From Alphaproteobacteria bacterium (GTDB lineage Bacteria > Pseudomonadota > Alphaproteobacteria > Rs-D84): 64,000 nucleotides of DNA. Location: assembly GCA_017511715.1 (NCBI GenBank), contig JAFWJF010000001.1:2892-66891 (forward strand), read 5' to 3'. The notes beneath the pieces are model-generated. The model did not search any database and was not told the DNA's origin. It worked only from the letters and a program-made list of their open reading frames with translations. Each line of letters starts with the position of its first letter. Position 1 is the stretch's first letter. Below, piece by piece: positions 38,877-50,000 of this stretch. Made by a program: the position numbers and the translations under genes.

Positions 38877-40691
38877 TTATTTTTGCACAAAGTGTACGCT
38901 GTATTGTGGTTTTTTGTCTGCCCCCAAACTGGCGCGCACGACTTTGTTTGATGCAACCTGAACTGCATGGACTAAATTATCACGATTTTTGCGTTCTGTT
39001 TTGGTTAATTTATCAATCGCATTTGTGATTTCGATTTGTATTTGGCGTTTCATAAAACCTGTGTCATCAGACTCAAAGATTCCTGCACTAGAAACTTCTG
39101 GCACACCTTTAAGGAAACCGCGCTTGTCCACCGGCAAAGTCACAAAGATTGCACCATTTGAAGCGATTTTTTTGCGTGTTTTATACACTGGGTCATTGGC
39201 ACTGCGTTCTGTTTCGCCTTCCATAACGACAAAGCCCGTTGGGATAGATTCGCAAACATACGGTTCTGTGCCGTCTTTGAGCGCGATAACATCGCCATTA
39301 TGGACAATCATCATATGTTTAGCCCCACCGCGTTCCATAGCCATTTTTCCGTTCAACATTTCAGAAATAAATTCCCCATGCATTGGAATTGACACTTGTG
39401 GGTGCACTAAATCATAGAATCTTTCCAATTCAGGACGCCCCGCATGGCCAGAAGCATGCAAATTATCTGTATCAAATATTGTGTAAGTTTTGATACCCAT
39501 GCGCGCCAATTTGTTGTAAAGATAAGAAACGTCTTGTTCACGCCCAGGAATAATAATTGCGCTGAAAACCACAGTATCTGTCGGCATCAATTTCAATTCT
39601 TTTACGTGCCCATTACAAAGACGTGTTAACATAGCGAATTTTTCACCCTGGGAACCGGTCAAGAATATAGCCTGTTTTTCGGCTGGCAAATCTTTGATTT
39701 CATCAAAAGTATAAACGTCATCTTTGCCGATATAGCCGTATTCTATACCGATTTCGCGGAATTCTGGCAACCCGACATAAGGCACAGGATTTGGGTTGCT
39801 GCGTTCTTTGATACAGGCGACCCTGCCTGCGGCTTTTGCGGCTTCTGAAAACATTTTGATACGCGCAAGGCTGCGAGAATAGCCGGTAACCAGTACGCGT
39901 CCTGGTGCTTTTTTCATAATTTCTGTTAACGTTTCACGCACCTGAACTTCTGTAGTTTGTGGGGTTTGTCTTTCTGCCGATGTAGAATCACAAACGCACG
40001 CCAACAATTTTGGGTCGGACCCTATTTCTGCCAGGCGAGTATAATTTGTCTTTGGTTCGATTGGGTTGTCATCATTGAAAGTCCAATCGCCCGTATGCAA
40101 GATTTTTCCAGCCGGTGTCTTGATTATCAACATTTGTGCTTCTGGGATAGAGTGTGAAACATGGAAAGTTTCAACTATAAATGGGTCAAGATTAAGTTCT
40201 GCCCCGTTTGCATCAAATTCGATGATATCTTTTTCTGGGTTATAGTCCAATTCGATTCCATCAAATGTGCGGCGCAATATTTCGGCCGGGAAACGCGTGC
40301 AATAGATAGGTTTTCTAAACTTTGGCCAGATGTATTTCAGTGCGCCGATATGGTCTTCGTGTCCGTGAGTAATAACAAAACCCACGACATCTTTTTTGTG
40401 TTTTTCCAGCCATGTTGTATCACAGTATTGAACATCGCCTGCCCCGATTTCTTCTTCCAAGAAGCCCATACCGCAATCAACGATTAAATATTTACCTTTA
40501 TATTTATATACATACATATTTTGACCGACGTGTTCCAAACCGCCAAGTGCCATAAAATATACTTTATCATCGTTTTTATTGCTTTCCGGTTTTTCTTTTA
40601 CGGTGCTGGCGCGTGCTGGCGCGCTCTTTTTTGTCGTAGTTTTGGCTTTTTTTGCCAATTTTTCTTTAATTTTTTCTTTTATTTTCATCAT
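38877..40691 (-). CDS. rnj: ribonuclease J with Lys-rich N-terminal extension
   Basis: Metallo-beta-lactamase HGHEDHIG, beta-CASP and RNase J C-terminal domain. N-terminus KIKEKIKEKLAKKAKTTTKK. Confidence 0.9.
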   Translation of the reverse strand: MMKIKEKIKEKLAKKAKTTTKKSAPARASTVKEKPESNKNDDKVYFMALGGLEHVGQNMYVYKYKGKYLIVDCGMGFLEEEIGAGDVQYCDTTWLEKHKKDVVGFVITHGHEDHIGALKYIWPKFRKPIYCTRFPAEILRRTFDGIELDYNPEKDIIEFDANGAELNLDPFIVETFHVSHSIPEAQMLIIKTPAGKILHTGDWTFNDDNPIEPKTNYTRLAEIGSDPKLLACVCDSTSAERQTPQTTEVQVRETLTEIMKKAPGRVLVTGYSRSLARIKMFSEAAKAAGRVACIKERSNPNPVPYVGLPEFREIGIEYGYIGKDDVYTFDEIKDLPAEKQAIFLTGSQGEKFAMLTRLCNGHVKELKLMPTDTVVFSAIIIPGREQDVSYLYNKLARMGIKTYTIFDTDNLHASGHAGRPELERFYDLVHPQVSIPMHGEFISEMLNGKMAMERGGAKHMMIVHNGDVIALKDGTEPYVCESIPTGFVVMEGETERSANDPVYKTRKKIASNGAIFVTLPVDKRGFLKGVPEVSSAGIFESDDTGFMKRQIQIEITNAIDKLTKTERKNRDNLVHAVQVASNKVVRASLGADKKPQYSVHFVQK

Positions 40692-40802
40692 TTAGTATCC
40701 TTTTTTAAGGTTTAACATTTTGCGCACCCACCAAATTCATTGTCAATAAAGACATATTTTCTTTATCAATAGTAAATCTGTGGGTGTGCGACTTGTGACA
40801 AA

Positions 40803-40824
40803 AGACATATTAAGAAAAATATGT
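40803..40824. promoter_or_regulatory. perfect 7-bp inverted repeat with 8-bp spacer upstream of the giant gene
   Basis: gacatat taagaaaa atatgtc. Confidence 0.3.
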
Positions 40825-40953
40825 CGTTGTTTTTATCATATTCTGTATAATATCGCAAAAAACACACAAAATCAAGGAATAATATTTATGCAGTGTGTTA
40901 TTGGAAAAGCTGTCAAAACAAAAAATAAAAAAAATTACAACAAAAAGCGATTG

Positions 40954-40988
40954 ACACATTACGGAATTTTTTTCTACACTGATAGACA
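40954..40988 (+). promoter_or_regulatory. putative sigma-70 promoter of the giant surface-protein gene
   Basis: TTGACA, 17-bp spacer, TACACT. AAGGAAG RBS 9 nt before the ATG at 41012. Confidence 0.3.
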
Positions 40989-41011
40989 AGAAAAGAAGGA
41001 AGTTTGTTCAG

Positions 41012-44000
41012 ATGGCGGGAATCAAGCCTTTTTATAACATGTTAAAGCGTTTAATATTTGCAATATTCGTAGTGTTTACTGCAAATTCTGCATTTGCGGC
41101 GTGTGCTAGCAATCAAATTGATGTAAATGGTGATGGAACCAAATGTGAGGATGTGAAATTCACATTAGACCTTTCCAGAAGTTCAAACATAACGGTTTTC
41201 AATTTCTTTATGTCTGCCAAAGGAACATTTTATGTCGATTGCGGCAATGGCGGAACATTGACCAGCAATTCTGCCACTAATTACCCGGTATCGGGCAAAA
41301 CAGTTAACCGTACCTATGGAACGGGTAATGTAAGGTACTCTTGTACATGGGCCAATGGCAGCAAGACACAAACAATTAGGTTTGGTGGGGTTGCAGAAGG
41401 ATATAGCACCAATACAAGCACCGCCGCAATACGTTTTAATTATAATGCAACACAAGCGGCATATATAACATCAGTTTCTGGTAATTTGTCCGCTATGTTC
41501 CCGTATATTACAAACAATGCACAAAGTGGTGCACAACCAAGATTTTATATGACTTTTGATAAAGCGACAAACCTGAAAAGTATCCCCGATACATTGTTTG
41601 CAAATTACACAACACCGGCAACAAATATGTTTCATTCTACGTTTAACAATTCAGGATTGACATCAATACCTAGCAATTTGTTTTCCACCATATCTGGCGC
41701 AGCAGAAGGTCTGTTTTCTAGCACATTTAATGGATGTACCGGCTTAACATCAATACCTGGCAATTTGTTTTCCACCATATCTGGCGCAGCAAACAGCTTG
41801 TTCTATGGCACATTTCAGAATTGTACCGGCTTAACATCAATACCTAGCAATTTGTTTTCCGGGGTGTCTGGCGGGGCAAGTTCTATGTTTTTTTTCACGT
41901 TTAAAGGATGTACCGGCTTAACATCAATACCTGGCAATCTGTTTTCCACCATATCTGGCGCAGCAAACAGCTTGTTCTATGGCACATTTAGTGGATGTAC
42001 CGGCTTGACATCAATACCTAGCAATTTGTTTTCCACCATATCTGGCGCAGCAGACGGTCTGTTTTCTAACACATTTAATGGATGTACCGGCTTAACATCA
42101 ATACCTGGCAATCTGTTTTCCGGGGTGTCTGGCGGGGCAAGTTCTATGTTTTCTTACACGTTTAATGATTGCAGTTCGATATCTGCAATACCGGCAGGAC
42201 TATTTTCCGGTGTAAACCAGGCGGCAACAGGTTTGTTCATGAATGCATTTTCTGGTTCTGGGGTAAGTGGTTATATACCACCGACCACATTTTCCGGGTT
42301 GATTTCGGCGGGCAGCCCACAAAGTTCAGATATGTGGCTAGATACATTTTCATACACGAATTTAACAGCGACTTGTCCACAGGGAACAACGCAGTATATG
42401 ACAGGATACGAAGGTGGCACTAATGGTCCTACATGGAATGGGATGGTTTCTTGTACGCCAAATTCGACCACTGCAATTGCAGTAACTTTGGACAGTGCAG
42501 GCGCGACCACAAATGCCACACCTTCGACAATATATCTTCGATACGAGGATCGTTGGTACAGTAATTCTGCCCTTTCTGTTCAGATAAGTTCGCTTAACAC
42601 CATTCCATCAAAAACGGGATATATGTTCGGCGGTTTTTACACTCAACCAAATGGTTCCGGAATACAAATTATCAATTCAAATGGTTACATCTTGCAAACC
42701 ATGGAAGCAATCACGTTTACAACCACACCGACAACCGTGTATGCTTATTGGATAGAACCAAAGTTCACATTAACAACATCATCGACCAACAGTTTTCAAT
42801 TTAAACTATCTGCCGCTGGTACATTCTATGTAGACTGCGGAAACGGTGGAACGTTAAGTGGAACCGGGGCGTCCGGAAACACAATTACGCGTGCCGACAC
42901 AACCGAAGCGACATATACATGTTCATGGACCAACAGTGCAACACGAACAATCAGATTCAGCGGTGCCGCAACCGGGTATAATTCGTCTTATGGTGTTGCA
43001 GCAATAAAGTTTAATATGACAGATGCTGCCACTGATGCAAACGCAGCATTGTTAACGGGTATGTCTGGCACACTGGGGTCAATATTCGGAACAGTTGCCA
43101 CCGCCAGCACAGGCTCTGTTCAACCAGCATTTAATAAGACATTTTATGGTGCATCAAACCTTAATGCGTCAATACCGTCAAACTTTTTTGCGGGCGTTCA
43201 TGGTGCACCACGCGGGGGAATGTTTCAACAAACCTTTTCTGGATGCAGCAGTTTGACCGGCTCTATCCCAGAAACCCTATTCTGTGAAAACACGACCAAT
43301 CCAAGTGCATCAAACTGTATCTATGGAGCACCAATTGGGGCAATGTTTGAACATACATTCCTTGGTTGTAGTGGTTTGACGGGTTCTATCCCAGAAAAAC
43401 TGTTTGTGGGTATCCATGGCGCGCCTGCAAGTTATATGTTTTCTCAGACATTTAATGGATGTAGTGGTTTGACGGGTTCTATCCCAGAAAAACTATTCTG
43501 TCAAAACACAACCAGCCCATCTGCATCAAACTGTATCTATGGCGCACCGGCATCATCTATGTTTGCCTTGACATTTTATGGATGTAGTGGATTAACTGGC
43601 TCTATTCCAGAAAAACTGTTCGTTGGTATCCATGGTGCACCAGCAAATAATATGTTTCAACAAACATTCTATAATTGTAGTGGTTTAACTGGCTCTATTC
43701 CAGAAAAACTATTCTGTCAAAACACAACCAGTCCATCTACATCAAACTGTATCTATGGCGCGCCGGCAAGAGCTATGTTTTTTCACACTTTTTCTGGTTG
43801 TACAAATTTAACTGGTTTGATACCACAAAACCTTTTCAAAGGGATATACGGCGCGCCGGCAGAAAATATGTTTAATGGTACATTTAGGAATGACAACAAA
43901 TTGACAGGAATAACCGACGGCACAACTACCACAACCTATGTTCCATCAACATTCCTTAGCGCGATTAACAACACAAGCGCAACAACACCAGCAACAGGAA

Positions 44001-47000
44001 TGTTTACTGGTACGGGGCTTGCATCGTCTTGTCCGACGTGGGCAGCCGCCGCAACACCGGTATGGGCAACTGATGCTGGTAAGCCATGGTGCGAACCAGA
44101 TATAAAATTCACATTAAACACATTAGCGACTAACAGTTTTCAATTTAAACTATCTGCCGCTGGTACATTCTATGTAGACTGCGGAAATGGCGGAAGGTTA
44201 AGTGTGGTAAACGGTAACGGAACAGTTTCTGGGAATACGATAACAAAAACAGGTACTTCGTGGGGGACATTTGAATGTTCTTGGGATGATACCGAACCAC
44301 AAACACTTCGATTTGGTGGTGCAGCATCAGGGTACACTGCAAGCCAATCAGGCGGTGCAATAAGATTTAATGTTTCTGATACAAACCAAGATGATGATAC
44401 AAACGCACCAAAGATCACCGGAATATCCGGGTCATTGGGTGCAATATTTGGAACCATAGATGGCACGGTTTCCCCAACAGGCGCGGAATCACAACCAAGA
44501 TTCTATGGAACATTTTGGGCTGCATCCAACCTTGCTGGTTCAATACCAGACGAGCTTTTCTATGGCATACATGGCACACCAATATCATATATGTTTAACC
44601 GTACTTTCCGTGGTTGTAGCAGTTTAACTGGAAAAATACCTGAAACATTATTCTGTCAAAACACAAGCAACCCAAATGCATCAAACTGTATTTATGGCGC
44701 ACCGACACAACAGATGTTTTACATGACTTTTCACGGATGTAGCGGTTTGACAGGAAATTCTTCAACCGGATATGCCATTCCTGCAAAATTATTTGCAGGT
44801 ATTCGTGGTGATCCATCTTCAGCATCGAGTGTGTTTGGTTATACATTTTCCGGTTGTAGTGGTTTAAATGGGCAAATACCTGAAACATTATTCTGTCAAA
44901 ACCCGAACAGCCCCAGTGCATCAAACTGTATCTATGGTGCGCCGGCATCAAATATGTTTTCATTTACATTCCAAGGATGCACTGGTTTGACAGGTGACGG
45001 TATACATGCCGTTCCAGTAAAGTTGTTTGCAGGTCTCCATGGCGCGCCGGCACCAAAAATGTTTCAATCTACTTTTACTGGCGACACAGGATTGACAGGG
45101 GAAATTCCACCTGCGCTATTCTGTGGTGGTAATACGAATAATCTGAGTAATCCATCTGCCTCAAACTGTATCTATGGCACCCCGGCAACAGAAATGTTTA
45201 ATAGTACGTTTTATAATACTAGAATAACACATGTAGATAAAAATATGTTTGCGGGGATATCCGGTACTTCTGCGGAAAAGATGTTCTATCGTACATTTAA
45301 AAGTTGTAGTTCATTGTCGTACATAAATGATACCTTTAACACAAAAGCGACAACTTACATTCCGTCAGATTTCCTTGGTGGCATTACTGATGGATCCGTG
45401 ACAAATGACGCAACAGAAATGTTCACAGGTACGGGACTCACATCACCTTGTCCGACGGGGACAGCCACCGCAACACCGGCGTGGGCAACGGATGCTGCCA
45501 AACCATGGTGTGCACCCAACACATATAGCATTACATATGATATGAATGGTGGAACAAACTATTCCGGCGCACCTACAACATATGTTTATGGGACAAGTAC
45601 AACAATTAATGGCGCACCAACAAAATCAGGCTATATATTCAAAGGATGGACTGGTTCTAATGGTTCAACACCACAACCAACCGTGACGATTGGTGCAAGT
45701 GCCACCGGGGCAAAATCTTACACTGCGAACTGGGAAACGGCAAAATTCACATTAACCACATCAGGAATGAGCGATTTCAGCTTCAAGCTTTCGCCAAAGG
45801 GAACATTCTATGTCGATTGCGGAAATGGTGGAACGTTAAGTGGTCAAAGCGCGTCCGGCAGTACAGTTTCCGTCAACACAATCACACGTACAACCACAAC
45901 CGCAACAACATATACTTGTAGCTGGGCCAGTAGTGCTGGAAACAAAACAATATCTTTTGGCGGGTCTGCCACAAATACCACAACAACATATAACTCAGAT
46001 ACGAACGTACCAGCAATACATTTTTTGGAAAGTAGTAATGCAGACTCAATCAAAAGCGTATCTGGTAATTTGTCCGCGATGTTCCCGTACATCACATCAA
46101 ATGCACAAAGTGGTGCTCAACCAAGGTTTAACAGAACATTTTATGATGCAACACACTTGACCAGTGTTCCCGATACATTATTCGCAAATTATACCACACC
46201 CGCAACATATATGTTTAGTAATACATTTGCAAGTTCTGGGTTAACATCGATACCGGCGGGACTGTTTTCCCGCATAACCGGTGCAGCAACCGGTTTGTTC
46301 GAGGGTACATTTAGCGGTGCGCGCTTAACATCAGTGCCGGCGGGGCTATTTGCCGGGATATCTGGTGTGGCAGACAGTTTGTTTAATAGCACATTTACTG
46401 GCACACCAATAACATCTATACCAGAGAATTTGTTTGCCGGGGTATCGGGGTCTGCATCTGGCGTGTTTTCTTACGCTTTTTATCGTTGCGCTAGCCTGGC
46501 CACCATAACAAATGGGCAAACAAGTACGACCTATGTTCCGGGAACGTTCCTTAGTGATGTTACTGGCAATGACAATTACATTGGTGCCGACATGTTTGGC
46601 ATGACAGACTTGGCTGACACCTGTCCATATGGTATGGGCGATACAACACCGGCATGGGCAAGTGATGCTGGTAAACCATGGTGTTCTCCCAATACATATA
46701 CAATAACCTATTCTGCCGGTCAAGGTGGCGTTGGTGCAAACCAAACGGAAAACGTTGTGTTTGGCACCACATTTACCACAAAATCTGCAAATACGTTTAG
46801 TAAACCACACGCTACATTTACAGGCTGGGATACTCTTGAATACTCTTCAGCCTGGACACAACCAGATACAACATATACTTATGATTTGCCGTCAGATATT
46901 ACGATTGCAGCACAATGGACATGTGATTCTGGATACACATTAAATAACAGCACCGGAAATTGCGATGCCAACAGTATCACATGTGATCCAGGTTTTTATC

Positions 47001-50000
47001 TGAAAGGCAACACTCTAACATGTACGGCATGTCCTGCTGGTAAATATTGCGCGGGTGGCACATACACTCATAACGGTACGGACTTAGGTATAACTGGCGA
47101 TGTTACGGCGGGATATTTTGCTTCTGGTGGTGCAAAGGTCGCAGCCCCAACCAGCAACAGCGATTGCTTAAGCGGTAATACATGCGGTAAATGTACGACA
47201 GATTCTGCCACTGGTCGTCCTGCGTATTCAACAGCTGGAGCAGCAAGTTGTTCGGCATGCCCTGCAGTAACGGGCGATATGGCAAGTCGTGTTATCTCTT
47301 ATGCAGGTTGGTGGAGCAACGATATACATAATGCGGTTACAGGATGCGCTGCCTGGTTCAATGATACAGATAATGATGCAACATTCAGAGTGTATTGCTA
47401 TTATAACACTACAGATGGTGCCTATGGTGGTTCAAACAGCATTTGCCAAGTATGGCATCCGACTGCTTGTGCAGCAGGAAAATATGATACGATAGAATCA
47501 ACAACGGAATGGCTTGCTTCTGCTAATTACACACGTGGGAAAGGTGTAGATTTCATGAATGGCAAGGTTTGTACAAACACAGATGCAGGTTATTACAGTG
47601 CCGAAGGTTCTTTGACACAAACCGCATGTGCAGCAGGCTCTTACAGCAGTGCGGGCGCAAGTACATGTACGGCATGTCCGGCGGGTAAGACAACCGCTGG
47701 CACTGGAACGGCTTTCAACACTAATGCAAACACTACATGTTCAACAAGTTGTTCGTCTATCGCAAACCTGAAAACTTGGAACAGTCAGACTTGGAACAGC
47801 GCAAATAATACAGTGACTAATTTGTGCACGGTTGCAACTTGTAATGCTGGGGCATATAAGTCTGGTAACACTTGTCCGGTTTGTGGTGCGAATTCTTGGT
47901 CAGATGATGGTGCAAGCAGCTGTACAGCATGTAACACGACCAATGGATACACGAACAGTGGAACAACAGCGGCGGCTCATGCTGGTCAGTACAGTTGTAA
48001 GACCACGTGTGCGGCAGGTAAACAAGTTGCAAGTCCTGGCGAGGCATGTTCTACCCCCGGTGGCAGTTGGTATTCTGTTCAACACACTGTAGGGGAAGGA
48101 TCGACATCCGCTGTTCAGCTGATAAGTAATCCGAATGTATTTGATTGTTTAATTGGTGGCTATGCAACACCTGACACAACTATACAAACAGACCACGATG
48201 CAAGCACAGATTGTAGGATAACATGTTCTGCAGGAAGCAGAGTCACAACGCCTAATGGTATGTGTACAGCGATAACGAGTGGCAATGTATATATGCTTGA
48301 ACATACTGTTGCCCAGGGATCTACATCACCAAAAGCAACATCATGCCCAACAAGTTATACAATCAGCGGTTCTACACAAGCAGACCACGATGCGAAGAAC
48401 GATTGTAAGATAACATGTGGTGCTGGATATGTTGTTGACACAGAAGATGGTAATTGTATTGTGCCAGAAGAAGGTTTCCAGACAGGGATACATACAGTAA
48501 GCGCAGGAAGTGTGACACGAATAGATAAAGATCCAGGCATGAACGTACCCCGTGCAGGAATATGGTATGACTGTTTGACTAACTATAGTGCGACAGGCAA
48601 AAGCGCAATCAACCACGATCAAAGAAGTGATTGTAAAATAACATGTAATGCGGGAACACAGATTGCAACTAACAATGCAACTAGGTGCACGACACCGACA
48701 GGAAGTTGGTACACAGAACAACATACAGTAAGTGCAGGCAGCACGAGTAGTCCAACCAGTTGTGCGACAGGCTATGCAACAGCAAACACATCAACCGCAA
48801 CAGACCACGATGCGCAAGCCGATTGTAAGATTGGGTGCAGTGCTGGATATTATATACCAACAGCAGGTGGTGGATGCAAGGCATGTCCTGCTGGTAAATA
48901 CTGCACAGCAATAAGTGGTATTGCAGAAACTGCAACATCTGCCGCGACAGGAAACATAACGGCTGGGTATTTTGCTTCTGGTGGTGCAAAGGTCGCAACC
49001 CCAACAAGTAGCAGCGATTGCTTAAGCGGTAATACATGCGGCACATGCCAGGGACAGAATGGACCAAATGGTCGTCCACTTTATACTGATGCAACCGGCG
49101 GCGCAGCACAATGTTCTGAGTGTCCAGCAGTAGAAGCATCTTTAACAAGTCGTGTTGTCTCATATGGTTATTGGCCAGATACGCGTGACAGAGGGATACA
49201 AAATTGTTCTGCGAAATTCACTGATACAGATCCTGATGCTACGTTTACTACGGAATGTTATTATAGAGGCTCTAATTATCATGAATCCTTTAACTGTCAA
49301 ACCGCCGCACCAACCGCTTGTGCTGCGGGTAAGTATGAAACTATCAGAACAACAGACAAATGGGGCACATATTACGCCATTGGTACTGGAGTAGATCATA
49401 TGAACGGTAAGGTTTGTACGGATACAGATGCAGGTTATTACAGTGCCGAAGGTTCTTTGACACAAACCGCATGTGCAACGGGTTCATACAGCAGTGCTGG
49501 CGCAAGTACATGTACGGCATGTCCGGCGGGTAAGACAACCGCTGGCACCGGAACAGCTTTCAACACTAATGCAAACACTACATGTTCAACAAGTTGTTCG
49601 TCTATCACAAACCTAAAAACTTGGAACAGTCAGACATGGAACAGTTCAAATAATACAGTGACTAATTTGTGCACGGTTGCGACTTGTAATGCTGGGGCAT
49701 ATAAGTCTGGTAACACTTGTCCGGTTTGTGGGGCGAATTCTTGGTCAGATGCTGGTGCAAGCAGCTGTACAGCATGTCAAACAGATTATACCAACAGCGG
49801 AACAACAGCGACAAACCATGCAGGAAACGCATCTTGTAAGATAACTGTATCTGGCGGTCATTATATTGGCACACCCGGTCAAAACAGCACAAACTGGGGA
49901 ACATGTGATGCAGGAACCTTTAAGGCGCAACATACCGTGGCATATGGCAGCACAAGTAGTTGTTCGAACTGCGAAGGCAGAACGAAGTACAGTGCGGCAG

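Noticed and set aside
41600-42200. Tandem ~90-bp DNA repeats that could be mistaken for a CRISPR-like array
   Set aside because: They are in-frame codon repeats encoding LRR units. There are no unique spacers between them and no cas genes.
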